From positions 5,133-69,132 of IMG/VR virus record IMGVR_UViG_3300050821_018642: a stretch of DNA of 64,000 nt. The stretch is one strand, 5' to 3'. Source of the DNA: a virus. The notes below the pieces were generated by a model, which saw only the letters and a list, made by a program, of their open reading frames with translations, was not told the origin of the DNA and searched no databases. Of this stretch, positions 28,095-37,025 are shown one piece after another (the first letter of the stretch is position 1; every line of letters begins with the position of its first letter). Made by a program: the position numbers and the translations under genes.

Positions 28095-28965
28095 ACGTCT
28101 CCTCGCTCGGTGTGAAGTGCTGCTTCGCTCTACGTCCAAGGTATTTTACCTTGAAGTACTTTCCTATTTCGCAAAGTGTGTTCTGCGTGTCTTGGGCCGA
28201 CAGACCGTGCAGTTCGCTCGGTAGCTTCGGGAGTGCTGTATCCATCAACTTCAGTAACGTGCTGTGCCACTCTTCTTCATTCCAACGCTCTGTGACGTCG
28301 CGACCCGTTACCCAGTTCAAACCACGTCGCGAGCCTGGACCACTAGCGGCAAAGGTATGCCAGTCGTCAGCGTTCTTGCCGGCCGGAGTGTACTTGACAT
28401 CGCCCACTACCTGCGCTGCCATAAAGCCAGCACCGAATCCGTGGAACTGCATCAGCGAATTATGTAGTCCACGTAGTGATGTACAGGTACGCAGCTCTTC
28501 GCCCAGCGCTTTGCGTCCTGACCACAATGGACCCAGTACGCACGTAGACAGGTAGCTAGCCTTGCTTTGACCTTTGGTAGCGCCAACTGCATTTATCATA
28601 TACGCATTATTGTAGGCGCAAAGACCGCGCTCACGTCGTGCATCCATGATACGTACGAAGCGCTGCGGATTCCAGCGTTCTGGGTAGCCTAGTTCCTCCA
28701 TAGTGGCTGGTAGATTCACCAGCCGTGCAAGGCACATAGCGAATACCACGGTATCATAATCCGTGGCGTGCGGAAGAAGCCATGATCCGTGTATCCATTT
28801 AGTAACGCGGTCGTCGTTACGACGCACGTTCGTAAAGCGGTACTTCTGAAGTATTGGATCCTTGGTCCAGGGTGCTGGTTTACCTTCCAGACGACGTTGA
28901 TGGATGTTCCACCGCTCCGTTACGAAGTCAGTGAATTCCCTAAGCCTTGGAAACAGCTTGCTCAT
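28087..28965 (-). CDS. uncharacterised protein, candidate DNA-modification enzyme
   Basis: 292 aa with no P-loop; translationally coupled between the ThyA-homologue and the nucleotidyltransferase. Confidence 0.4.
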   Translation of the reverse strand: MSKLFPRLREFTDFVTERWNIHQRRLEGKPAPWTKDPILQKYRFTNVRRNDDRVTKWIHGSWLLPHATDYDTVVFAMCLARLVNLPATMEELGYPERWNPQRFVRIMDARRERGLCAYNNAYMINAVGATKGQSKASYLSTCVLGPLWSGRKALGEELRTCTSLRGLHNSLMQFHGFGAGFMAAQVVGDVKYTPAGKNADDWHTFAASGPGSRRGLNWVTGRDVTERWNEEEWHSTLLKLMDTALPKLPSELHGLSAQDTQNTLCEIGKYFKVKYLGRRAKQHFTPSEETYV

Positions 28966-29692
28966 ACGCCTCCAGTTGCTCTGGGGTGCCTACCACATGA
29001 AATTCCTTCTCCGGTATTTCGTGGAGAAGTACGTCGCCCATACGCAGCATATAACTGTGTACTGGAGCTAGGTAGAACTCGCCATTCGTGGAGTTGTCGT
29101 AGAATACCATAGCCGCGATTGCAGCACGTAGCCTACTCCACGTCTTAAATACGTGGACGCCGCACGTAGCCATGTCGCTGATAGGCTGCTTCTCCACGAT
29201 GCGTGTAACTTCTTGGCCTTCATACTCCACGAAGCTGTAACGCGCGCTACCGTCCGTCGGCTTGAACGTCAGCACCATGGATACGGTGGAACTGAGCGGA
29301 TGTGTGAAGTGCGCCTCCGCGTGCGCTACAAACGCCTTGATAAGCGCTGGATCGATGATACTGTCACAATCCATTACCAGCACCGGCTGGTCTTCGTCCA
29401 GGACGGCTGCGGCTGCAAGAAGCGTCATAGCCGCGCCGCGCTGCGTATGCTGTACGCCGATGATCTTAGGTACGCAATCCTCCGGCGCTTCCGTCCATAC
29501 ATCATGTCGAATGGATTGTGGACATAGTACGATGGCTTCGTGAATTTCCGTACCCAAAGACACAGCCATAGCCTGTCTAAGTGCATACCATATCATAGCA
29601 TGCCCGTTGACCGGTATGAGCGGTTTCATCTGTGTATAGCCAGCGCTTGCAAAGCGATCGCCGCGCCCAGCGGCTAGGATTACTACTTGCAT
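28940..29692 (-). CDS. sugar-1-phosphate (or phospho-alcohol) nucleotidyltransferase
   Basis: N-terminal MQVVILAAGRGDRF...KPLIPVNGHAMI NTP_transferase signature; RBS GGAGGA 6 nt before ATG 29692. Confidence 0.6.
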   Translation of the reverse strand: MQVVILAAGRGDRFASAGYTQMKPLIPVNGHAMIWYALRQAMAVSLGTEIHEAIVLCPQSIRHDVWTEAPEDCVPKIIGVQHTQRGAAMTLLAAAAVLDEDQPVLVMDCDSIIDPALIKAFVAHAEAHFTHPLSSTVSMVLTFKPTDGSARYSFVEYEGQEVTRIVEKQPISDMATCGVHVFKTWSRLRAAIAAMVFYDNSTNGEFYLAPVHSYMLRMGDVLLHEIPEKEFHVVGTPEQLEAYEQAVSKA

Positions 29693-30495
29693 TTGACTTC
29701 CTCCATTCGTTCTTCGAGATTCATTGCGAGGTTCAGTGCCCACTCCCTGGCATGTGGCTGTACCTTGTACAGCCGTACCAGGTGTGTAACGAGGTAGTAA
29801 GCGCAAAGTTCCAGGTTAAGCCGCTCCACTTGTAAGAACGCTTTGATCATCTCGCGTTCCACAACGTCACAGCTAGTGGTACAAGCTATGCTGTCATAAC
29901 CGAAGAACGACTGCAGAAGCTTGCCGCCGTCCAATTCAGCCTCTAGCGGAAGCGGTCTTGTGGATGGATCAATCCACAAGCCACCAGCCATGATGTTCTC
30001 CAGCGTAGGATCACCGTGTACATTCTTCACCATACGGTTTCCAGTTATCCAGCGTGCTCCGCCTTTCCACGTCTGTTTTAGTACTTCACGAAGCGCAGGT
30101 TCTGTTGCCAATTCAAGCTGCTCTTCGTAATCGTACGCACGATCACGCTCAGCTCCGCCTACCCAGTGTGGTACCTTCCACAACACTGATAAGCGTACAA
30201 GTGCATTAGCCGTGTCTTCCATCGTAGCTGGTCCAAGCATAGGCATGAAGTAAGAACACGCATTTTCGTCGGAATCACCGAATTCTACTTCCACGAATAT
30301 TTCTGGGAAATGTCGCATCTTTACAGCTTGACGCACCACTCCCGGTCCGCTCTTGCGTATCCATGGTTCCAGCGTCGCTCCGGAGTTACGCTTCACTTTG
30401 TTATCTATCACCACCACGTTCTCCTGTTCTCCGTACAAGTATTCTTCACAGTCCTTACACAACCCAGATGCCTCCATACAACGTGGACAGCTCAC
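29683..30495 (-). CDS. APH/choline-kinase-fold kinase (anomeric sugar kinase candidate) with N-terminal zinc ribbon
   Basis: Catalytic loop VHGDPTLENIM (HGDxxxxN) and LWIDPS; CPRC...CKDC at the N-terminus; GTGA overlap with the upstream gene. Confidence 0.5.
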   Translation of the reverse strand: MSCPRCMEASGLCKDCEEYLYGEQENVVVIDNKVKRNSGATLEPWIRKSGPGVVRQAVKMRHFPEIFVEVEFGDSDENACSYFMPMLGPATMEDTANALVRLSVLWKVPHWVGGAERDRAYDYEEQLELATEPALREVLKQTWKGGARWITGNRMVKNVHGDPTLENIMAGGLWIDPSTRPLPLEAELDGGKLLQSFFGYDSIACTTSCDVVEREMIKAFLQVERLNLELCAYYLVTHLVRLYKVQPHAREWALNLAMNLEERMEEVKCK

Positions 30496-31352
30496 TTCTT
30501 CACTCCGCTGGACTCGTAGGCCTTCTTCCAGGCCACCACCACTTCCTTGCGCTTGATGGAGCCCTTGTAATCGCGGTCCACCACTTTGACGAACGGCGCG
30601 TGCAGCTTCTGTAGTACGAAGCACTGTGCGTCGCTGTACTCCATGGAGCGCTCGCCCGAGCAGCCTCCGGCCGCACCGAAGCTTCCGTATTCGTTGTTCA
30701 GGAGCTCCACGAAGCTGTGACCCTGTTCGCCTTTACGCAGCATACTCAGTACAACGTGGAAGTCCTCGCGCAGCCCGACGGCATCGAATCGAATCTTGTA
30801 CTTCTTGTAGCGCTCCGGGTCTACACCGAAGGCGTACATCATCCGGCCGTTGATATGCCACGATTCCTTCTGCTTGTCGCTGTGGCGTCGGTGCGCTATA
30901 CCGAGCATGGCCGGTGCGTGAGTGCCGTAGCGGGCGTCCAGTTGCTCAAATAGCTTCAGCAGCACGGCGTCTTTGGGGTAGCGCCGCATCATCAAGGCGG
31001 TCCCGGTTGGAGCTCCAGGCTTGATGCCGTAGGCCTGTCGGTCTTCCTCCCATACACGCCACTTGGGTGGGCACCGTTCGAAGAACGCAATGTCGTCGTC
31101 CATCATAAACAGGAGACGATCTCCGTTCTTCGGTAGGTTCGTCATGATCCAGTGACGTTTGGCCGCGATGGACTTTGTGCCCTTCGCTAGAACCACCTCA
31201 TTGTCTGGGTACAGCGCTTGTAGCGCCTTGGCTTCTTCCGGAAGCGACGGAACCAGTACCACTTCCTTCTGTAACGACGTAGGCAGTGCGCCCAGCGTGA
31301 TCTGTTTGTTTACGCGTCCATGCGTAGGTATGACAAGCGTGATGTTCTTCAC
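30492..31352 (-). CDS. GT-A-like glycosyltransferase
   Basis: N-terminal ITLVIPTHGR and DxD-like FMMDDDIAF; RBS AAGGAG. Confidence 0.45.
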   Translation of the reverse strand: MKNITLVIPTHGRVNKQITLGALPTSLQKEVVLVPSLPEEAKALQALYPDNEVVLAKGTKSIAAKRHWIMTNLPKNGDRLLFMMDDDIAFFERCPPKWRVWEEDRQAYGIKPGAPTGTALMMRRYPKDAVLLKLFEQLDARYGTHAPAMLGIAHRRHSDKQKESWHINGRMMYAFGVDPERYKKYKIRFDAVGLREDFHVVLSMLRKGEQGHSFVELLNNEYGSFGAAGGCSGERSMEYSDAQCFVLQKLHAPFVKVVDRDYKGSIKRKEVVVAWKKAYESSGVKK

Positions 31353-31461
31353 AGGCTAAAGCTCCTTGCTGAATTTAAGAAATGTATCCAGAGACACGAA
31401 TGCCGCCCGATACGCTGGGCGGCATTGTAGATTACAGAAAACTAATTCTGACTTTCTGGTC

Positions 31462-33498
31462 TTAGACTACCTTGATGTAGCCCTGCTTCGCGAGCCACGC
31501 GATCTCGATGCGGCGACCCGGCTTGGGGTTCTTCTTGTCTTTGTCCAGCTTGGCCTGCGCCTCGCTTACTGTCTTGCTGCTGAGCGCGGCGTTCACCTGA
31601 GCGAAGCAGAAAGTTCCTTCGCGAAGCTCGTTCTTCTTTTTGAGCGCCTTGATCTCGCGATCCGCGACGACGCGCTCGACCTTTTCCTTTGGAGCCTTCT
31701 TGGTTGCTTCTTTCTTCGAAGGAACTGCGACTGGTCCCTTCTTACCGGTCTTGGCGGGAGGAGCAAACTTTGCGGACTTGATGGATACGGCTGCTGATGC
31801 TGTCATGGCTACGATCTCCTTGCAGTGGTTTAGAACTGCGGTTAGGTGGCGCGCGGCCACTGGCGTTACTGCTACCGAAGGTACAATGGGATTCAGTAAC
31901 TGGTTCGCGGCTTTAATCAGCTCATCTACTTCTCTGGTAATCGGCCGCAATCTGTTCAGTTTCTCGTTCGGGATTACCCCACAGGCAACCCTCACACCAT
32001 TATTATACACGCAAATTGCGCCTTGTGAATTTGCGGGCTCCAACTGCATCATGGCGATACCGTTAGTTGGGTCTTCCAGAAGACGTATAGAATCCTTGTC
32101 CAAGACTACCTCCGCATCCGGCTTAGGCACCGGGTACTGTTCAGCCGTCACGGCTAGTGAGTAGATCACTTCGCGACGAGCAGCGTTATCATAAGCGGCA
32201 CGTGCCTTCTTGCTCATGGGCGTGCCGGTGTCCAGGATGGTGCCCGGGACGGTACGCTCCATGACGGTAGCGCGTTTCACCTGAGCTATCTGGGCCTTCT
32301 CCGCACGTGTAGCCGCACTCTTCAGGGTGCGAATCTTAGTGCTGACTTCCTTACAGCGCTTTGCGAATGCCGTAGACTTCGCTGCAGCGGAGCGTCCTTC
32401 TACGCCTATCGCACTGTAGAATGCCTCGGTGAGATTATTGATGCCGCATTCTTTGGCTAGTATACGATCGCGTTTGAAAAGCTGCTTCAGAAGCGCCATC
32501 CGCTTACCGTAATACTTGTCGCCGCGTAGAAGGTCCAGATCGAAGCGCTGAAGCGTCAATCCGCCTAGCATCTCGACGGCTCGTACCACGTGGGACGGTA
32601 CGCCGTCTATCGTTTCTACGCGTACATTCTGTGGCGACAGTAGGCCTTTCGCAGCCAGGTCCAACACGGAACGCCCCTCGGCTACAGCAGCTTCAGTCTT
32701 CGCCTGATCAGCGGCCAATCGCTTAGCACGACGCTGGTCCGACGCCAGCGCCTTATTGCAGAGACTCTTAGTAGCCGTTGAAGCCAGCGTAGCCTGCAGT
32801 TCCTTCACGCTAGTTCCGCCGCGCTCCAGTCCATTCTTCGCCATCAGCTTGTAGCCAGCACCCGGGACGTACATCACGGCGCGTCCATCCGCATGACTGT
32901 AACCATACGCTACGCGCTTACCGGTACCGCCCGGCTGCGCACTTTCCTGTGCCTGAATGAACGTGAACCTGGACTTGATCAGTTCCGCGTTAATAGCGTC
33001 CTCCGGCGGTACCAGCTTCGCTGGTGCAGGCTTCTTCTTGGAAACCGTCGCGCTGAGTTCGGTGAGACGCTCGGCCTTATCGTCTTGCTCCTTGGCTTCT
33101 TCCAGTGCTTCTATCTTCGCGGGATCATCAGCCAACGTACGACGTCCAGTCGTCGGATCTACTTTACGCGTTCTAGCGTATTCCAGAACTGGATCATCAA
33201 CACCTAGATTGACCGCTGTATGCCCATTCGACGCGTGCTTGGCCTCCAGGAATTGGCTACGCAGTTTCTGCGCCGTCGCCATGTTGGTTTTCAGGCGTCC
33301 GGCCAGTACGTTCATGGGTGTATCCGCCTTGGTGGTCAGGATCTCCACGCATTTTGTATAGAGATCATCACCGGCTGCGGCTACTACGACGGCTGCGGCC
33401 TCACTACTGACTAACGGTAGACCATCGTACTTGGAAAGTACTGGTGCGTTAACATTGGACTTCGCGACGTCGGCCTTTACAGCAACTTTCTTTGTCAT
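31462..33498 (-). CDS. large hypothetical protein (678 aa)
   Basis: Long Lys/Ala-rich ORF with coherent codon usage; RBS inside a conserved stem-loop. Confidence 0.5.
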   Translation of the reverse strand: MTKKVAVKADVAKSNVNAPVLSKYDGLPLVSSEAAAVVVAAAGDDLYTKCVEILTTKADTPMNVLAGRLKTNMATAQKLRSQFLEAKHASNGHTAVNLGVDDPVLEYARTRKVDPTTGRRTLADDPAKIEALEEAKEQDDKAERLTELSATVSKKKPAPAKLVPPEDAINAELIKSRFTFIQAQESAQPGGTGKRVAYGYSHADGRAVMYVPGAGYKLMAKNGLERGGTSVKELQATLASTATKSLCNKALASDQRRAKRLAADQAKTEAAVAEGRSVLDLAAKGLLSPQNVRVETIDGVPSHVVRAVEMLGGLTLQRFDLDLLRGDKYYGKRMALLKQLFKRDRILAKECGINNLTEAFYSAIGVEGRSAAAKSTAFAKRCKEVSTKIRTLKSAATRAEKAQIAQVKRATVMERTVPGTILDTGTPMSKKARAAYDNAARREVIYSLAVTAEQYPVPKPDAEVVLDKDSIRLLEDPTNGIAMMQLEPANSQGAICVYNNGVRVACGVIPNEKLNRLRPITREVDELIKAANQLLNPIVPSVAVTPVAARHLTAVLNHCKEIVAMTASAAVSIKSAKFAPPAKTGKKGPVAVPSKKEATKKAPKEKVERVVADREIKALKKKNELREGTFCFAQVNAALSSKTVSEAQAKLDKDKKNPKPGRRIEIAWLAKQGYIKVV

Positions 33499-33609
33499 GT
33501 GTGTATGCGGTCCTTTCTAACCGCTGCACTACTTACCTTGTTAGAAAAGCTATGAACAGCGCAATCGCGCACAGCGCGAGCATCAAGCGTTCGTACCGTT
33601 CCTGACGAG

Positions 33610-34653
33610 TCACTTCCCCAGTCCTTTCTTCGGTGTACCGGCAGAAACCTGTCCGTCTAGCCCGATGTCGTCGCCCTTGGCGCGTCCAGCCCGGTACGCG
33701 CCAGAGTTCAGCCGCGCCTCGCGCCGTTCGTCCTCGCGATCCTGACGACGCCAGTAGGATTCACTGAAGCGCTCGTTACGACGCGCCTCTTTAGCTTCTT
33801 CGCGTTCGCGCTTGGCTTTCTGCGCGGGCGTCTCCAGCGCTCGCTTGGCAGCTAGCTCAGCGTCGCGTATGCGCTGGCGTTCCGCTACCGCTTCATCAGA
33901 CCAGTACTTCTCCGCCTCCGCTTCACGAGCTAGCTTCTTAGCCCACGCACCGGCTCCATATTGATGGTCGTAGTTTCCAGCCGCCTCCTTACGGGCGAGG
34001 TCGGCGACCTGGATGGCGGTGGTGTAGGCCTTTTCACCTTGAGTAGCGTAATCGGCCGTTTTCATAGCCTCAGCTTTCGCCTTGACGCGTTCTACGAGCC
34101 GGTCCGCGCAGCCTTCACGCCAAAGATTGGCATTACGACTCAGGCGCTCGTTCTGTGGATACGGTAGCAAACGCTCGATGGTATCCAGCAGGTAATCCAC
34201 CATGATCATTACAGCGGTGGTGTTGGCTATGCGGCCGAGAACCTTGTGGCGCTTGACGCGAATTTCCGCGCGTCCATTCTCGTCGTAGTCCTCGTAAGGC
34301 TTACGATTCTTTGGCGGGATGTAGGTCAGCTCCCGCGTCTCATCGACCCAGTAGACGCAGAAGTTGGCTTCGGCCAGGACGCGTACAAGCGCTTGTTGCC
34401 ACTTGTACATCGCGCTTCGCTTGGACTGAGCGTAGTCGCGCTTGGATTCAGCTTCACGCGCTGCGGTGCCACCGGCTACCACCTTGTCCTGGACGGTAGC
34501 CAGGTCAAGGTTGTACTGCGCCAATAGCTCCTGGGCGCGCGCCATCGCGGCAGCGGCTTCCTGCTCGTTTCCTTCGGACCGTGCGCCGAGGTTCAGTAGA
34601 AGCTGAATCTTACGTACGATGGAATCAGAGGGTGGTACGTTCATCGTTGCCAT
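33610..34653 (-). CDS. DUF2786-like phage protein
   Basis: N-terminus VRKIQLLLNLGARSEGNEQEAAAAMARAQELLAQYNL resembles the DUF2786 N-terminal helix; Arg/Glu-rich C-terminus. Confidence 0.4.
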   Translation of the reverse strand: MATMNVPPSDSIVRKIQLLLNLGARSEGNEQEAAAAMARAQELLAQYNLDLATVQDKVVAGGTAAREAESKRDYAQSKRSAMYKWQQALVRVLAEANFCVYWVDETRELTYIPPKNRKPYEDYDENGRAEIRVKRHKVLGRIANTTAVMIMVDYLLDTIERLLPYPQNERLSRNANLWREGCADRLVERVKAKAEAMKTADYATQGEKAYTTAIQVADLARKEAAGNYDHQYGAGAWAKKLAREAEAEKYWSDEAVAERQRIRDAELAAKRALETPAQKAKREREEAKEARRNERFSESYWRRQDREDERREARLNSGAYRAGRAKGDDIGLDGQVSAGTPKKGLGK

Positions 34654-34654
34654 T

Positions 34655-35485
34655 TTACCGCACCGCCATTTCTGCGTTGTTGAGTTCGCGTTGGAAACCG
34701 TTCCACTCGTTGACGCTCATGTTGTTGGAAATCGTAATTTCCTTGACACTGTAACGCTTTCGTTCGCCAGTAAGCGGAAGGAATTCCACGGTCTTCATCT
34801 TCTTGTAGTCAGCGGCGTTCACGTATCCCCACACCGACCCACCACAGAAGTGGTGTACAGCCGGAATTAGATTCGCGTTGTTCTTTAGGTAGCCGAGCCA
34901 ACTAGCTTGACCGATCTTCTGTTCGTCGGCCGCGCGCTCTTCGCGGCAAGCCACGCCGTGAGCCTGACCAATACGCAGCCGTTCATCGCGGTCGGTAACG
35001 CCGTGCAGCTTATAGGCGAGTGTACCCGGGACGTGAGGATTCTGAGGAGTGGGCGCTTCCACGTACGCCCGGATTCCATCTAGCGCTGCGATGAACTGGC
35101 TAGTGTAGCCAATCACGCCGTTCCACGTCAGGTACATGTCAAAGAGTTCTTCGACGGTGGAATTCTCCATCACGAAGTCGGCGTCATCATGCGGCCGATT
35201 TTCTTCCAGGAACTCGCGGATATCGCTATCGACGTTGGATGGAAGCGAGGATGACTTGGATACCGTCTTCTTCTCTACAGGTACATCCAGTTCCAGTGCT
35301 TCTGGAGTAGCCCACGCTTGCACTCCGCCGTAGCCCTTCTTGACGACGATGTGACCGTCGCGGCGAAGGTGGACGACTTCCGTATGGATCGTAGCGCCAC
35401 CATGACGGTAAATTACCTTGTCGCCCTTCTTGAACTTCGAGGTCGTTTTCTGGCTAACTGCTTGATTCTGCTTGGATTGCTTCAT
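34655..35485 (-). CDS. hypothetical protein
   Basis: 276 aa; RBS stem-loop GCCGTTAGAAAGGACGGC upstream of the ATG. Confidence 0.5.
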   Translation of the reverse strand: MKQSKQNQAVSQKTTSKFKKGDKVIYRHGGATIHTEVVHLRRDGHIVVKKGYGGVQAWATPEALELDVPVEKKTVSKSSSLPSNVDSDIREFLEENRPHDDADFVMENSTVEELFDMYLTWNGVIGYTSQFIAALDGIRAYVEAPTPQNPHVPGTLAYKLHGVTDRDERLRIGQAHGVACREERAADEQKIGQASWLGYLKNNANLIPAVHHFCGGSVWGYVNAADYKKMKTVEFLPLTGERKRYSVKEITISNNMSVNEWNGFQRELNNAEMAVR

Positions 35486-35486
35486 T

Positions 35487-35504
35487 TGTCAGGCCGTCCT
35501 TTCT
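35487..35504 (-). promoter_or_regulatory. conserved RBS-containing stem-loop GCCGTTAGAAAGGACGGC
   Basis: AGGA in the loop, 12 nt before the ATG; paralogous copies at 33504..33521 and 40553..40570. Confidence 0.35.
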
Positions 35505-35600
35505 AACGGCTACCTAAATTATAACTCGGATTTCTGGCCAAGAAAAGGTTTATTTTCTGGCCTTTAGGCCCAACTTTGCGATGCAAAGTCTACTACGGTT

Positions 35601-35930
35601 TCAGGCGTTTCGCGCGGCGCACTCCGTACAGCGTGTAGTCAGGTCACGTAGCGCCGAGTACCTGTCCACGCGTACAGCGCTGTACAAGCGTAGCGTACGT
35701 ACATGGACGTGACGTAGCGGACTACGATGACGGTAGCCGCGCCGCTGAAGTTCGCGTACAAGCGCTGCGTGTCGACGCTCCAGGCTCTTGGGCTCCACGC
35801 AATTATGCGCAATGAAGCCTTCAATACGCCTTCCACGGCGTAGATGCCCAACGAACATGTGCAGTTCCACGTGCTCACCGAGTAGATGTTTGCGGCACAT
35901 CACACGCGGGTCCACCATCCACATTCTCAT
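35601..35930 (-). CDS. pyrimidine-dimer DNA glycosylase-like protein (Pyr_excise-like)
   Basis: Strong RBS AAGGAGG; N-terminus MRMWMVDPRVMCRKHLLGEHVELH resembles the MRLWSLHP..L...L..E family. Confidence 0.4.
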   Translation of the reverse strand: MRMWMVDPRVMCRKHLLGEHVELHMFVGHLRRGRRIEGFIAHNCVEPKSLERRHAALVRELQRRGYRHRSPLRHVHVRTLRLYSAVRVDRYSALRDLTTRCTECAARNA

Positions 35931-36056
35931 TATTCCTCCTTACTACGGATACGACTGTCGACATCAGTAGTACGCCTCCAAGTATACAGAGCTCGAACAG
36001 ATGTTCTCTACACTGTACGCACACATCCAGATGACGATGGAAACGTTCACCGGCGG

Positions 36057-36404
36057 TCATGGTAGCTTCACTTTCTGCGTGCAATACCCGACGATGCGTC
36101 CATCCGTGTACAGCGCCGTTACGGAGAAGCTTATCTTCTTCCACACACAATACGCCACCAAGTATGGAGTGAACAATCCCATCGATGAGTGATTGACGCA
36201 GCCGTCGCGTTCGAATGCTTCCACCGTCATGCGTACGTTGGAGGCCGTAGGGTACACTCGCCGTACGCCTGGAAACGTCGGTGATTGCCACGGACTTGTT
36301 ACGCGGTAGCGCTTTCGTCCGTCGGCCTTGAGAATTTCCTCGATACCGAGTACGGGAATTTCCTTTGGCCAACGTATGGCGTATATCGGTTTTCCTGTCT
36401 TCAT
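36057..36404 (-). CDS. hypothetical protein
   Basis: Trimmed to the internal ATG with a GGAGGAAGA RBS; the longer track ORF has an Arg-rich junk-like N-terminus. Confidence 0.35.
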   Translation of the reverse strand: MKTGKPIYAIRWPKEIPVLGIEEILKADGRKRYRVTSPWQSPTFPGVRRVYPTASNVRMTVEAFERDGCVNHSSMGLFTPYLVAYCVWKKISFSVTALYTDGRIVGYCTQKVKLP

Positions 36405-36661
36405 TCTTCCTCCACTCTGTCCGGGTGCTCGAAGACGTTGAACTCGATTCCGGCCGCGCTCAACAGGACATCCAGCTTGTGCTCCGTTACGGATCGCTCC
36501 GCCGCGCTGTCGCTGTACACGTCGTCTTCGAATCCGCACGTACAGGACAACGACAGACGACGCTCGGAGTCGATCGGATTTCCTTTGCGCGAGAAGTACT
36601 GGATGGTCCTCCACTGTCGGTTCACCGTATGGATAATCTTTGGCGGTTTCTTAGCACTCAC
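36401..36661 (-). CDS. hypothetical protein
   Basis: 86-aa ORF coupled to its neighbours. Confidence 0.3.
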   Translation of the reverse strand: MSAKKPPKIIHTVNRQWRTIQYFSRKGNPIDSERRLSLSCTCGFEDDVYSDSAAERSVTEHKLDVLLSAAGIEFNVFEHPDRVEEE

Positions 36662-36836
36662 AATGATCTCCTAGCTTTTGAAACCAGCAGTCCGCCGGTT
36701 TACCGTTACGCAGCACTTCTATCCATCCACTCCACGTACCTTTGCCGGCTCGCACGGTAATTATGTCGCCGGTCTTTTTAGCGTCGCGCTTCATGCGTTG
36801 AAGCGTGCAGTAATTGCAAGGCGTGAGTTCACTCAT
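36651..36836 (-). CDS. small zinc-ribbon protein
   Basis: CNYC...CWF..GDHCEC. Confidence 0.3.
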   Translation of the reverse strand: MSELTPCNYCTLQRMKRDAKKTGDIITVRAGKGTWSGWIEVLRNGKPADCWFQKLGDHCEC

Positions 36837-37021
36837 TCCACCTCCTTCAGTATCGCGATGTAGAAACGATCAGCCCACTTCTTGGTATACGAAGCGTCTT
36901 CTTCCGCCTTCAATTCCTTCGCACGACGGAATGCCGTGGCGCGATTCGGCCGCGTATCGACGACCCAGTAGTCGTCGCCTTTGGCTTCGCGGCGTAGGAT
37001 GCTGTACTCTAGAATTGGCAT
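36833..37021 (-). CDS. hypothetical small protein
   Basis: Trimmed to the ATG just downstream of the upstream stop. Confidence 0.3.
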   Translation of the reverse strand: MPILEYSILRREAKGDDYWVVDTRPNRATAFRRAKELKAEEDASYTKKWADRFYIAILKEVE

Positions 37022-37025
37022 TGTA

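Noticed and set aside
28087-28965. Assignment of ORF 28087..28965 as 5-hmdU DNA kinase
   Set aside because: No Walker A/P-loop is visible in the sequence, so it is left as an unknown candidate DNA-modification enzyme.
35931-36056. 61-aa ORF 35875..36060 overlapping the Pyr_excise start
   Set aside because: It has no RBS and overlaps 56 nt of a gene with a very strong RBS. The region is more likely non-coding leader DNA.
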